This document shows positions 51,583 through 64,000 of a stretch of DNA of 64,000 nt, one piece after another. The stretch comes from Octopus sinensis (Eukaryota): NCBI RefSeq assembly GCF_006345805.1, contig NC_043012.1, forward strand, positions 53,506,001-53,570,000. The letters are read 5' to 3'. The notes beneath the pieces were generated by a model. The model was not told where the DNA came from. It ran no database searches and saw only the letters and a program-made list of their open reading frames with translations. Position 1 is the first letter of the stretch. Each line of letters begins with the position of its first letter. A program made the position numbers and the translations under genes.

Positions 51583-52850
51583 TCAGGTCATCCCATAAGT
51601 TTTGTCCGAATATTCAATAAAGAAAACGAGTGATCAAATGTTATATTTAATTGAGATTTAATCATCAATGTACTTTCCTTCATCATCTATGACTTCCTTC
51701 CATCTATTATAGAAGCTTTTTTTTAATCCAATCAATGTAAAACTCGTTTGGTTTCAAAGTGAAGAACTCTGAAATGTCAGTTTCGACCTCCTCCTGGCTT
51801 GCGAAAGTTATGTCCCCCAAATGATACTGTAAACTACGAAACAAATGGTAGTCTGAAGGAGCAAGGTCGGGAGAATAAGGTGAATGAGGAAACTTTTTTC
51901 CATGCTCTTCGATCTTCGATCTTCTTTGCAGTGTGGGGTGCGCATTGCCCTGATGAAACATCACTCCCTTTCGATTCACTAAAGCGAGTCTTTTTTTCTT
52001 CAAAGCTTGGCTAAGACGCTCTAATTGCTGACAGTAGACGTGAGCATTGATTGTTGCATTAGGTGGTAACAATTCAAAGAGAATTACTCCTTTGCAATCC
52101 CACCAGATAGAGAGAAGAAACCTTTTCCTGTGAAGTTCCCTCCTCAGTTGTGGTTGAGCTTTTTCCTTTTTACTAAGCCACTGTTTACGACGTTCAACAT
52201 TTCGATAGAAGATCTATTTTTCGTCACCAGTCACAAGTCTATCAAAAAGGGTGAAATGAGTTCGCAAGAATGGAGAGAAGAGCAGATGTCAACTCGGGAT
52301 TGGCGGTTGCTCTCGGACAATTCATGAGGCACACATTTTCCATGTTTAGGAATCTTTCTAAGTTGTTGAAGATGACGATGAACAGTTGTATGGTTTGAAC
52401 TAAGCTTTATTGCCAATTCTTCAACTGATAATGCAGGATTTTCTTCAAGTAATGTCTCATGAAACTCAACTGAACGTCCTGTTCGATCTTCTTCTTCAAG
52501 GCTGAAATATCCACTTCTGAATTTTGCAAACTATCTTCTGCAAGTTCTTTCATTGAAGCATTCTTTCTCATAAACCGAATGTATTTCGCGTCGCTTCGGC
52601 TGTAGAGTTTCCTTTTTTGTTCTCATAAAGCATTATGTGCCTCAAATGCTCTTTAGATACTTCCATGTTAGAAAGGGTTTTAATCAAAGAACTTTAAATT
52701 CTATTATTCTGTAAAATAATATTTAATTAGTTTAAATGTAAACAAATGCATAAAAATCATTTTAAATTCCATTAGACATTCGAAAATACTATTAAATTTC
52801 ATTCAATTTTATAAAAGGTAAAATCGGACAGAACTTATAGGATGACCTGA
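51583..52850 (-). mobile_element. Full-length mariner (DD34D) transposon, inactive
   Basis: Termini tatcaggtcatcccataagttttgtccga (51581-51609) and tcggacagaacttataggatgacctgata (52824-52852), including the TA duplication, differ at 2 of 29 positions; length about 1.27 kb. Confidence 0.95.
51657..52666 (-). pseudogene. mariner transposase pseudogene
   Basis: MEVSKEHLRHIMLYE...FAKFRSG...DRTGR helix-turn-helix; CVPHEL (WVPHEL motif); LVTGDEK; FHQGNAHP (HDNARPH); PHSPYSPDLAPSDYHLFRSL. Multiple stops and frameshifts. Confidence 0.9.
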
Positions 52851-54177
52851 TATTATAAGTGTTCGTGATCCAGCCCGTTAAAGGGTTAAACAGCCAACAT
52901 CAATAACAGCTACCAACAGCCACTACCACCACCTACAACAACAACAACCATTACATTTTCTGGTAAATAATGACATTGTGAATAAATCAGGTCAAAAAGA
53001 AGCAAAAGATTGTCGGTGCTATTGTACTTGATATGGAGCATTGTCCTTATAAGCAACTGTCAAAACCCGGTTGGTGGTGCTTGTTATTACACATGGGAAG
53101 AATATTCTGAGAGTTTTATCTGGTGCTCTTATCAAAGTGTTGATATATTCAAGAATATCAAAAGCTATTGAACCAAGATACACACCAGACAACTATGATA
53201 AATGGAACAACTTGCAGACGCTATAGAATATGGCATCACAAATTTGGTTCTGCATTGATCACTGTAGCATTAAAAGGGAGCAGGGAGAAACAAGAAAAGT
53301 GTAACAACAAAGTTCTTCACGAGATAATTGCCAATAAATAAATAAATAAATAAAAAATGAGGTTAGTCTTCTTTTACTCGCTCCATTGTTGATTTTATCC
53401 CCAGGTCAGTTCAGTACAAAATTCTTCCTATCGTGTTTATTTCGCCTTTTTCTTTTCAAATGTTACTTGTCATTTCTAAAACGATCGAATGTGATTTGAG
53501 TGAAAATTAACTGCTATTTCTAGAATAACATGACTTTACTTTAAGACATTGTTTCTAGGGCTACATTATCAAATGTATCCTTTGTTGGAGAGCTGGCACA
53601 ATCGTTAGCCCGCCAGAAAAAATTGCTTGGCTGCATTTCGTCCGTCTTTACCTTTACGTTCTAAATTCAAATTTCGCCGAGTCCAACTTGAGGTTTATAC
53701 TTTAAGGCTTGTTGAAATAAGAACTAATTAAGTACTGGGTGTCGATGTAATCAACCTAATTCCTCCCTAAATATTTCGAGACTTCTGCCTTTGTTAGAAA
53801 GTATTTTCAAATGTATCCTTGCATTTCCAGAACGGTAGGGTATGGCATGAGGGAGAGCTTTTTATTTGCTTCCAAACTATCGCCTGTCTACAATTAGGCG
53901 TCTGTATTAGAACAGGTAGCGTTTGTTGCTGACATTGTTTTTTGCTGATGATGTTTAACCCCATGTCAATCCAGAGGCAGTAAATTAACTCTCTACAACA
54001 TTTCAGATATGGCCATCTGTAGTTTTCTTATGTGCGTCGTTTTCAAACACCACGCACTTAAACTTGGATTATATTACCCAGTATGTTCTCCCATCATAAA
54101 AACAGTGGTAAGTGTCATACGAGATATATTAGGTCGTTGTTTCAAGAAACTTCAACAAGTGCATAAATGTTTAGGTA

Positions 54178-54412
54178 AAGGCGGCGAGCTGGCAGAAATG
54201 TTAGCACACTGGGCGAAACGCTTAGTGGTATTTCGTCTGTCGTTACGTTGTGAGTTCAAATTTCGCCGAGGTCGACTTTGCCTTTCATACTTTCGGGGTC
54301 GATAAATTAAGTACCAGTTACGCACTAGGGTCGATGTGATCGACTTAATTCCTTTGTCTGTCCTTGTTTGTCTCCTCTATGGTTAGCCCCTTCTGGGCAG
54401 TAAAGAAATAGG
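54178..54412 (+). mobile_element. SINE family B1, complete
   Basis: aaggcggcgagctggcagaaatgttagcac...gggcagtaaagaaatag. Confidence 0.85.
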
Positions 54413-55622
54413 TAAAGTGTTTGTTCAGTCGTGTAGCTACAGACCATTTAGATTGATACAGACCTATAACACAATTTCTTCTAGCCTCAAACCTCGGGCC
54501 CCTCTACCTCTAATGGAATAGGTTTTAATTTGAAGAGGAGTAGGCAAACTTTCTTAGCACGACGCACGCTCTACCAGAAAAATGCTCAGTGGCTATCTCG
54601 GTTTATCACTTTATACTTAACGAACCGTAAAAATATGCAACTTAAGTTTTACTAATAAATGTAAAATATCTAATTCCATATTTAAAAATCACAACCTATT
54701 TAAGCTTTCTGAGGATGAAGGAGCTTGTTACAATCAGATTCTTTTTTAGATATGCTGAAAATTTGCGGTTGGAATAAGAAACTTGAGCAGGAAGTGTGTT
54801 CTTAAAAGGGTAAAAATCTGAAAAGGAAGGATACACATACACGCGCACACGTTGACACATACATACATGTACATACGCACTTCCGTACTTGCAAAGTTCA
54901 CAATACAGTAAATAATTACGCTTTACTTAACCACTGTTCATATTACAGTCTTTGCTCCAAGAATTTCAATGTGATATTAGACGTGTTACACATTATAAAA
55001 GTTTTAAGGTTTCACATACGTGATATAGTGAAAGGAAAACTTCGACCAAACGAAATTATCCGTGCACTCAGTAAATAAAATATACTAGGAGTAAAAATAC
55101 GATGACGCAAACTTCAATACAGTTGTTTATTAGAGTAGATCTGGTTTTTAATGTATACAGAGGGAAGTGAATGGCATGTTCCGGTTTTATAAGAACTTTT
55201 CAGTGAAGCATATTCTACAGGGTTGTCTAGACATAAAGTGATCAACAGAATTAAAAGGAATTTAGTAACGCAAATGATGAATAGTGACAATATACTGCCG
55301 GGAAATACTTTTGATATACTAACTGCATATTTAGGACTGCTTCATAAATTTAACAGAGACAGTTGTCAACACAGATTTTTCAAGTATTTTATTAAATAAA
55401 AACACCCTCTAGAGGTTTAGAAACAAACAAACAAAAAAAAAACAATAGCAACTTCGGCAATTCAATAAGATTCTTTGATAGAAATTATTGATCAATATAA
55501 ACATTGCCCATTACATTTTAGCGCACTTGTACTGCGCTGCACTTAGTCACTTCGTGTTGAAAGACAGCAAAAGCTGGTAGTTTTATTTCTACAAATACAC
55601 GTATACACACACAAAGACACAC

Positions 55623-56001
55623 TGGAAGCACTCCGTCGGTTACGACGACGAGGGTTCCGGTTGATCCGAATCAACGGAACAGCCTGCTCGTGAAATTAAC
55701 GTGTAAGTGGCTGAGCACTCTACAGACACGTGTACCCTTAACGTAGTTCTCGGGGATATTCAGCGTGACACAGAGAGTAACAGGACCGGCCCTTTGAGAT
55801 AAAGGTACAACAGAAACAGGAAGTAAGAGAAAGTTGTGGTGAAAGAGTACAGCAGGGATCACCACCATCCCCTGCCGGAGCCTCGTGGAGCTTTAGGTGT
55901 TTTCGCTCAATAAACACTCACAACGCCCGGTCTGGGAATCGAAACCGCGATCCTATGACCGCGAGTCCGCTGCCCTAACCACTGGGCCATTGCGCCTCCA
56001 C
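55623..56001 (-). mobile_element. Full-length SINE family D with tail D1
   Basis: tRNA-like head ggcgcaatggcccagtggttagggcagcggactcgcggtcataggatcgcggtttcgattccc; 3' end cgtcgtaaccgacggagtgcttcca. Confidence 0.9.
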
Positions 56002-58267
56002 ACAAATACACACTATACATAGTGGGTATAGTCATAAAACTTGTCAAGAATATTTTGCCACTATGATTCTGTCAACTCCCTCTTGCCCTTTCCTAACAGA
56101 CACTATTCTCTAGTCTTAAATTTGATAAACAAAGATTTTATAAACAAGACTAATATATTAAAACTGAACCAAAATCAGTGACAAGCTATGACCCAAACAG
56201 ATTTGTTTTCCGATGTCTTAGATTGTTTCCCGATGTCAGCATGGACTTTGTCTGCCTTCTTACCCTATTCGAGGATTTAAGTAAAATTATACAAATGTGT
56301 AATATGTAATTGGTAACGTTAAGCAATTTCAAATACGTGCTTCGACTCATACGTATTCGCATGAGTGTAAGCATGTGTGTGTATATGTGTGTTTGTATGT
56401 GCGTGTGTGCGCACGTGTGTGACTGTTGTGTGTGTGTGCGTGCGTGTGTATGTATATATGTGTGTGAAGGCATATGGCTCAATGGTGCAATCTAGGTGCA
56501 ATCCCATAGACATTCATGACCGAAGTGTGTCATTACTCCTTACCCTTTATATGTATACATTCATATGTATGTTGTACGGGATGTGGGAAGTATAAAATTG
56601 ATCAAGGTGTATATGCACTTTTAAATAAGAGTTATGGACGCTTCTTCCAGCATATTCTTTTAGATTAAAACTGTATTCGTACACACGTATGCGAATTGAT
56701 TCAGATATCTTTATTTGTATTATATGTCATAAAGCTACTTAGATCTGATATCCACACTAAATCTATTGATTAAACCATCGTATTTATCCAGTAAATGTTG
56801 ATCAAATAAAGATCGATGTTTTATTTTTTCCGGTATAGCTATTCCAATGCTATGTTAAATGCTTTATATATATATACTCTAATATGGGTCTCCTATGTAT
56901 GTGTCAATATGATTGGTGTGTTATAATACTTGGCAGCTCATAAAATTTACACTATTTCATAATTTATAGTTGATATACATGTTTCTGAAACATATGTGGT
57001 AATTTCGTTTCATGTCTATCTGACAACAAGATAGGACTTCTTAAGCATTAAAAGATCACAGATTTCTGTAAGCGTTTGACTACCGAAAGCATATTACATC
57101 CAGAGCTGGGTTATGCTACATATGTATTAATTTATAAATCGATCTCACAACTTTATCTATTTTACTATGACGTGGATTATACAATCTGAATAATCTGAAA
57201 GCATTAGATCACAAGCCTCTCTAAACGTTTGACTGCCGGAAACTCATTGCGACCGGTGATGGGGGTATATATATATATAAATTCAGTAAAAATTTAGATT
57301 CAGATGAATATGGTACTTAAGTTAAAGGCACTAGAATTTGGTGTGGTATTATCCATATAAATCAAAAGGGGTGATTATAATCAAAATAAGCAACAAGGAT
57401 ATCCAAATGTAATGTAGTACAATCGTTTCATGCTACTTCATTTAATTAAACAATGTAAGTATTACATTAGTTGTAAAATGTAGAGCACTCTTCGGCCACA
57501 TATGGAATTTTTTAAATAAAATTGACAATGTTCATTTTTATACTTATTCCATTTGCCAACATTACAAAGAGGGTATGTATATAGACAAAGAAGTGAAATT
57601 TATCAGTAAAAACATGGTAGTAGAATATCCTTACTCATGGGCAGATTTTTTATCACTGAGTTCACTTTGTTATTTAGATTTACCAATGGGGAGGGGTTTT
57701 TCTATTAAGTTCAGTCGAGACAATCAAGAATTTTTTTATTTATAGATAGAGGAAGGGGCAGTTTAAATGGCAGAGCCATAAATCCAACCCTTTTAACTTT
57801 GGCACGTTTGAATGTATTTTAGCTAAAGTTAGTAGGCTGAAGCTAGTGGGGTAGGGAGAATAGAGACTGCTAATACCCTTAACCATTTAACAGCCATAAT
57901 CCTACTTGTGGTTTTAAATAAATATCTTTTAGATAGTTTTTTTCAAAAGATTCCAATAAATTTTAGTATCTTATATACGGATAGGGAGTATAGAAATCAT
58001 TTCATATTTATAAAGATATATACATCAGATTATTATTAATATAGATTTATAGTTAGTTAATAAATAGTAATTTATTTGTATTAATGAGTTAAATTAAAGG
58101 AATATGCTAGACATATTATTTATTTCCTGTAAAAAAAAAGTTTATCAATTAGCACATATATCAAGAGCCTATTAAAATATTTTAAAGTGTAATGGAAGGG
58201 AAATAATCAAGATGAACGTAATAATTTCACTAGATATATGGCATATACATATCTACAAACAGACACC

Positions 58268-58473
<206 letters not shown>

Positions 58474-60519
58474 ACAGATTCAACCTCCTAGAAAATACGC
58501 ATAGAAAATACGCATCATGTTTTTTCGGATACTGTGAAGTTGACTTATACATCTATAACATCATAATAGTATTCTTACCAACTTTAAAAAGAGTATGGGC
58601 GCTGCATAAATATTAGAGGTTTTCTATGGTAATCATTTTGTTGTTGCCAAAATTGTTCTCTCTTAATCACCTGTAATAAGAGGAATACCTGCAACTGCCC
58701 TCATAGGGATACTGTTATTAATCATTATGTATAAGCTAAGTACCTTCACAGATCAATAGAACGAGAAAGGGTAAAAACAAACAGTCAATATAATAGTTAA
58801 ACCGTAAATCTATACAGTGATCCATTCAAAACAACTGCTTCGTAGCAAACAGTAGAGGCATAACCTGCATGTGCCCATAAACCTGCATTCATATATCAGA
58901 TTTGTAGCTGGGAAAATATACATGACGGATATTATCATTTATTAGTTGATATATAGTTCCTGATAAGAATTAATAAGGATTTTTGAAAATGAATCAAATC
59001 TAATATCAAAAGATATTTACTAAGAATTATATGGAAATGTTTTCTTTATAGAATGCGGGCGACTAATAATATTCATACTGAATCTATTTATGCGGATACC
59101 CTTGCAGTTCATTATATCAAACGCCTCTGGACAGTATAATGCACAGTTGTTGCCACCTCTCATATACGATATGGCATGTCTTACTCTATTGATTAAGAGA
59201 TAAAATATGCCTTAGGTTATTGAAGTTTCCAACTGAAAGTCGCACCGAAATGTAATTATATACTGTCCCAGAACTGACTGCTTGGAAACCACATTATCAA
59301 TGAGACACTTATTTTCCAGGTTACAATCAGCTGATCTAAATTTACATATATTCAATTTACTCGCAGAAGTAATTTGAAGTTGTTTCTAAGGCAGTATCAT
59401 TAACTATGCCTAGATTGGTTATTACTATTTATATGAGTGGTATGGCCATTAGTCTGCCATTCACTATATTGCTGTTGTAACTTAGATTATTGCCACAATC
59501 CATATTGCTATCCTAAATGAAATGCGCGATATTCCATATAAATTCAGTAGCCCAATCATTATGACAACAATAGTAGCTCTACCGAAAAGGTTGCTCCTAA
59601 TGTCACCATGCCGTTATCATAAATGCTTCTATTATCAACACGCTCAATATCGTCATCATAAATGAAGTCATTACATGATCCAATTGGTAATGAGGGATTA
59701 GTTGGGATAATTGAACATGAACATTTACAGCTGTTACTATCAACATTGTTCTGTCATCTAACATAAACTATAATTCTTGATTAATTAAAATCATTTCCGC
59801 CTCTCGATGATGTGTCACAATTACCAGATGTCAATTAAGACTAGCTCTGCTTGAGAAGGAGAGACAACCTCAAGATTGCAGTTATGGAAAATAACAGGCC
59901 TAGCTTCTGCAGATAAGTGGACAGTTGTAAGTGCATGCTTCTGGCTCAATAGCCGTCGTCAGCTTGACAATTTTTGCATCTTATCTCCAGAAGCTTAAGG
60001 ATTTAGACTTATACAAAAACTAATAGAAAACATTTATAGCCTGGATGTACACACACCTACTCACACACACATACACACACACATACACATACACTCAGTG
60101 TCAGAAGAACCCGTAGTTTTTGCATGCAGAATATATAAAAACATCTTATAATAACCTTATATCAAATTTATATGTACTACTACTTACATGTAATTGTACT
60201 TGCATATATTGTTTTTATTCTACGGTATAAAAATGCTTATAGCTGAACATTTTAGACTTTCTATGGATTGTGAGGTTTTTGAAACTTCCATTATTGAAAT
60301 TTAATTTTATGACTAAAGAAAATGCCGCCTTTATATATTACAATGATAAAGGTTCTACAATCAGACTAAAGCAATTCTTCGAATTTATTTGACCAGTTTT
60401 GAAACTTTGTTCTTACCAGCGAGAATTGCGTGTTGGTTACCTGATAAAAATTTAGAATTTCGAGAGGACGTGGATTAAATCATTTTACGGTTGAATTCGA
60501 AATAGATAAATCTTAAAAT

Positions 60520-61470
60520 GATGGTTTCAAATTTTGGCACAAAGCCAGCCATTTCGGGAAGTGTGTAAATCGATTACAAGGATCCTAGTACTTATTTTAC
60601 CCACCGCATAAGGGTGAACGGCAAACTCGACCCCGATGGCATTCGAACTCAGATCGTAAAGATATATCAAATAATGCTAGGCAAGGCGGCGAGCTGGCAG
60701 AAACGTTAGCACGTCGGAAGAATTGCGTAGCCGTATTTCATCTGCCGTTACGTTTTGAGTTCAAATTCCGCCGAGGTCGACTTTGCCTTTCATCCTTTCG
60801 GGGTCGATTAAATAAGTACCAGTCACGCACTGGGGTCGATGTAATCGACTTAATCCGCTTGTCTGTCCTTGTTTGTCCCTCTATGTTTAGTCCCTTGTGG
60901 GCAATACAGAAATAAGAAACGATTGCACGCTGGACGAAATGCTTAGTTTTATTTCATCTGTTTATATGTTCTGAGTTCATATTCCGCCGAGGTCCACTTT
61001 GCCTTTCATCCTTGCGGAATCGATAAATTAAGCACTAGTTGCGTACTGAGGTCGATCTAATCAACAGGTCTCCTCCCCCACAATTTCGGGTCTTGTGTTT
61101 AGGGTAGAAAAGAATATCAAATAACGCTAGGTATTTTGCCGGGCGCACTAACAATTCTACAAACTCACCGCCTCGATAAATTTATGAATAATAGCATGAA
61201 AATATTGGATTAGAAATCCTTCGCATTCCTTAAAATTTTTCAATGCATTTCAGAAACTTAATCGGTTTTTCTGACCTTGTTTGTCCACTCTGTGTTTAGC
61301 CCCTTGTGGGTGGTAAAGAAATCGGTATTTCGCCCTTCGCTACGTTCTGAGTTCCAATTCCTTCCAATTAAGTACCAGTGAAATTCTGGGGTCGATGTAA
61401 TCGACTAGTCCCCCACCCCCACCCCAAACAAAAACTTCAGTTCGATTTTAAACGTTAAAAACGAATTATT
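60520..61470. mobile_element. Cluster of SINE family B copies (one minus, then B1 60685-60920 and further plus-strand units)
   Basis: Repeated gccgaggtc.actttgcctttcatcct blocks and B1 tails running into internal B sequence. Confidence 0.8.
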
Positions 61471-62390
61471 TCACGTTCTCTTGAAGCTTCTAAATTCTTA
61501 TGGTGAAGCCAGCATATACTTCTCATTGGTAAGATCAAAGTTAATAAAATGGACAGATTTACCCTCTCCCCAAAATGGCTGGCTTGGTGCTACACATGTG
61601 TGTATGTATGTGTGTGTGCGTGTACATATATAGATGTTCATACTTTCTTTGATATTATGTCAGAACGTGTATCGTGTTTACAGACAATGTGGATTCGAGA
61701 CCCAGCTACAGACTTCAACTTTTTTCGATCCAAACGTTTTTTTTTTAACTCATTATTTACATTGATCTATTTATAGAGCATAAAACCTGACGATTAAAAG
61801 TCACAAACAAATTTGAATGTGAAGAATAAATTATTTTCTGTTCGTTCATGGGATTTGAAATCACATTTCGAAGGTAAGATTTCATTTTGAAATCAGGAAT
61901 TGTTATTAGAGAGAGCATCTATATTGGGAGAGATGAATGAGAAAAGTATGTGTGAGAGAGAAGCGGAAAGAGAGACGAAAAAAATATGGAGAATAAGGAA
62001 AGAAGCGGGAACCTAAGAAGATTGCTATACTTTACATTGAGACATACTACTACTCCCCCTTTGCAACATTCAGTTTCTCTACATCTCTTTTCTTTTATTC
62101 ATCTTTGTTTTACTATAAGAGAACATCGGGGCTGCGTTTTCTTTTTTCACGCAATATTCCAGGTTGCATCTGTAATTGCCCATAAAATTTGGTAAAGATT
62201 CATTCAGAAATGGCGACATTGTTGCAAAACAAAAAGCAACGCTTATATGTATGTGTATGTGTGCATAGGCGAACATGCACGAGTAAGCATACAGATGCAT
62301 ATGCATGGTTATATTTGTGTGTACATGTGAGTGTGTATGTGTGTATATATATACACACACATACACACTCACATATAAATATATATATAT

Positions 62391-62493
<103 letters not shown>

Positions 62494-62705
62494 TGTATAT
62501 GTTCAGAATTTCTTACAATATACATGTGTGTATGCAAGTGTATATGTATATATGTATATATATAGATTAATCAGCCGAAATTGCGAAGATGATCTGGTTC
62601 TTGACTGATGACTGAGGGCTTCGAATGTCCCGTCCTGTGTTCTTGTGTCGTCTCTTTGGTGTTTCATGTTCTTGTCCATGTCTGTATTTATTTTTTACTG
62701 TTTAC

Positions 62706-62737
<32 letters not shown>

Positions 62738-62799
62738 ATATAATATATATATATATATATATAGATATAGATATATACTTATATATATACATACATATA

Positions 62800-62831
<32 letters not shown>

Positions 62832-63013
62832 CAGGCATATATATATTATATATATATATTATATATATATATATATTTATATATTTACGCCAGCATACAC
62901 ATTTGTACATGTATATTTGTATATACACTATGCATATATATTTGTGTCTGTATGTATGCATGCATGTATAGATATCACACACCCACGCATTCACATACAT
63001 AGAGATATATGTA

Positions 63014-63057
<44 letters not shown>

Positions 63058-63680
63058 TTTTAAGTCTGCACAAATAAATACGCAAATACCACACACATCC
63101 TTACACGCATAGTTCCCTCTGTGGATTTCATATCCTATATAAACTGTTAAAGGCTAATGGCCCATGTTAAAAACAAAATGGAGAGTGAAAGACAGAATAA
63201 GTGAAAAAGAGAAAGATGGAGGGGAAGAGTGAGGGAATAAGAGTTTGGGGGAGCGTTGAAATTTCTGTTCTGGCGAATAATTTGGGGCTTAAAAGAAGAG
63301 AAGAAAACACAAGCTTGTTTATTTGATTCAATGTTACATACACCATGGGGATTCTATCATCTTACTTACTGTACGAGAGAGCAAGAGTTAATTTTCTTTA
63401 AAAAGAAATAAATTATAAACAAACAGAATATAATAGTACTATCTAGAAAAAGGGTATTATTCCTTTGGGAATATTGATTTATTTTATTTTTCTAATATCT
63501 TGTTTCTTATACATTTAGGCGATCATGCTTTTTACATTCTGAAGGCTATGTTATTTTTACATGAGCAAACATGGAAATAAAAATATTAAGATTTTGAGGT
63601 TTACCTCGTAAAAGCACCTCCTTCGTTAATCCGATTGTTTGTTTATTCACGCACACGAATTAACATACACACACATGCAC

Positions 63681-63718
<38 letters not shown>

Positions 63719-63889
63719 TATAAACATATACACAGATACGATATTCATGTACATATACGTACAGAGACGCATATACATACATGCGTACATACATACGTAC
63801 GTACGTAAGTTCATACTTATTGAGGGGGTAAACAAATATACACACATACGCACATACACATACTTATTCTTCTCATTAGTATTACTATC

Positions 63890-63914
63890 ATCATCGTCAT
63901 CATCATCATTATCA

Positions 63915-63993
<79 letters not shown>
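63890..63993. repeat. (ATC)n/(ATT)n microsatellite
   Basis: Directly visible. Confidence 0.95.
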
Positions 63994-63994
<1 letters not shown>

Positions 63995-64000
63995 AGAGTG

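Noticed and set aside
52960-53140. Possible further Dong-like C-terminus
   Set aside because: The similarity is too weak to separate from chance.
55930-56001. tRNA-like sequences (also at 12231, 27790-27856, 40421)
   Set aside because: They run into SINE bodies and lack a properly paired acceptor stem, so they are SINE heads rather than tRNA genes.
62600-62640. CUGAUGA...GAAU-guccc-GUC
   Set aside because: The core lacks GAAA and the stems do not pair.

Overview
AT-rich eukaryotic DNA dominated by microsatellites and interspersed repeats. The repeat content (several tRNA-headed SINE families, Penelope-like, R4/Dong-type, hAT and mariner remnants) looks like an octopus/coleoid cephalopod genome; this is inferred from pattern recall, not from a search. 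I cannot support any host protein-coding gene, tRNA, rRNA or CRISPR array. Nearly all long ORFs in the track are translations of (TA)n, (CA)n, (ATT)n or (GATA)n repeats. The real coding remnants are all transposon-derived: hAT (38-297, 7047-7220), Penelope-like RT/GIY-YIG (7385-7580, 21690-24390), R4/Dong-type LINEs (15310-16720, 41490-43928) and a full-length dead mariner (51583-52850). The most unusual signal is three unrelated, ORF-less fold-back elements set in (TA)n tracts: 10240-11235 (tandemly duplicated), 13142-13338, and a perfect 234-bp-arm palindrome at 36344-36812. Two contain a type I hammerhead ribozyme fold I could pair by hand; the third has half of the core at its fold-back point. 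They are best read as non-autonomous, ribozyme-bearing Penelope pLTR derivatives that would make long dsRNA hairpins. Coordinates were counted by hand; ends of degenerate repeats are approximate.
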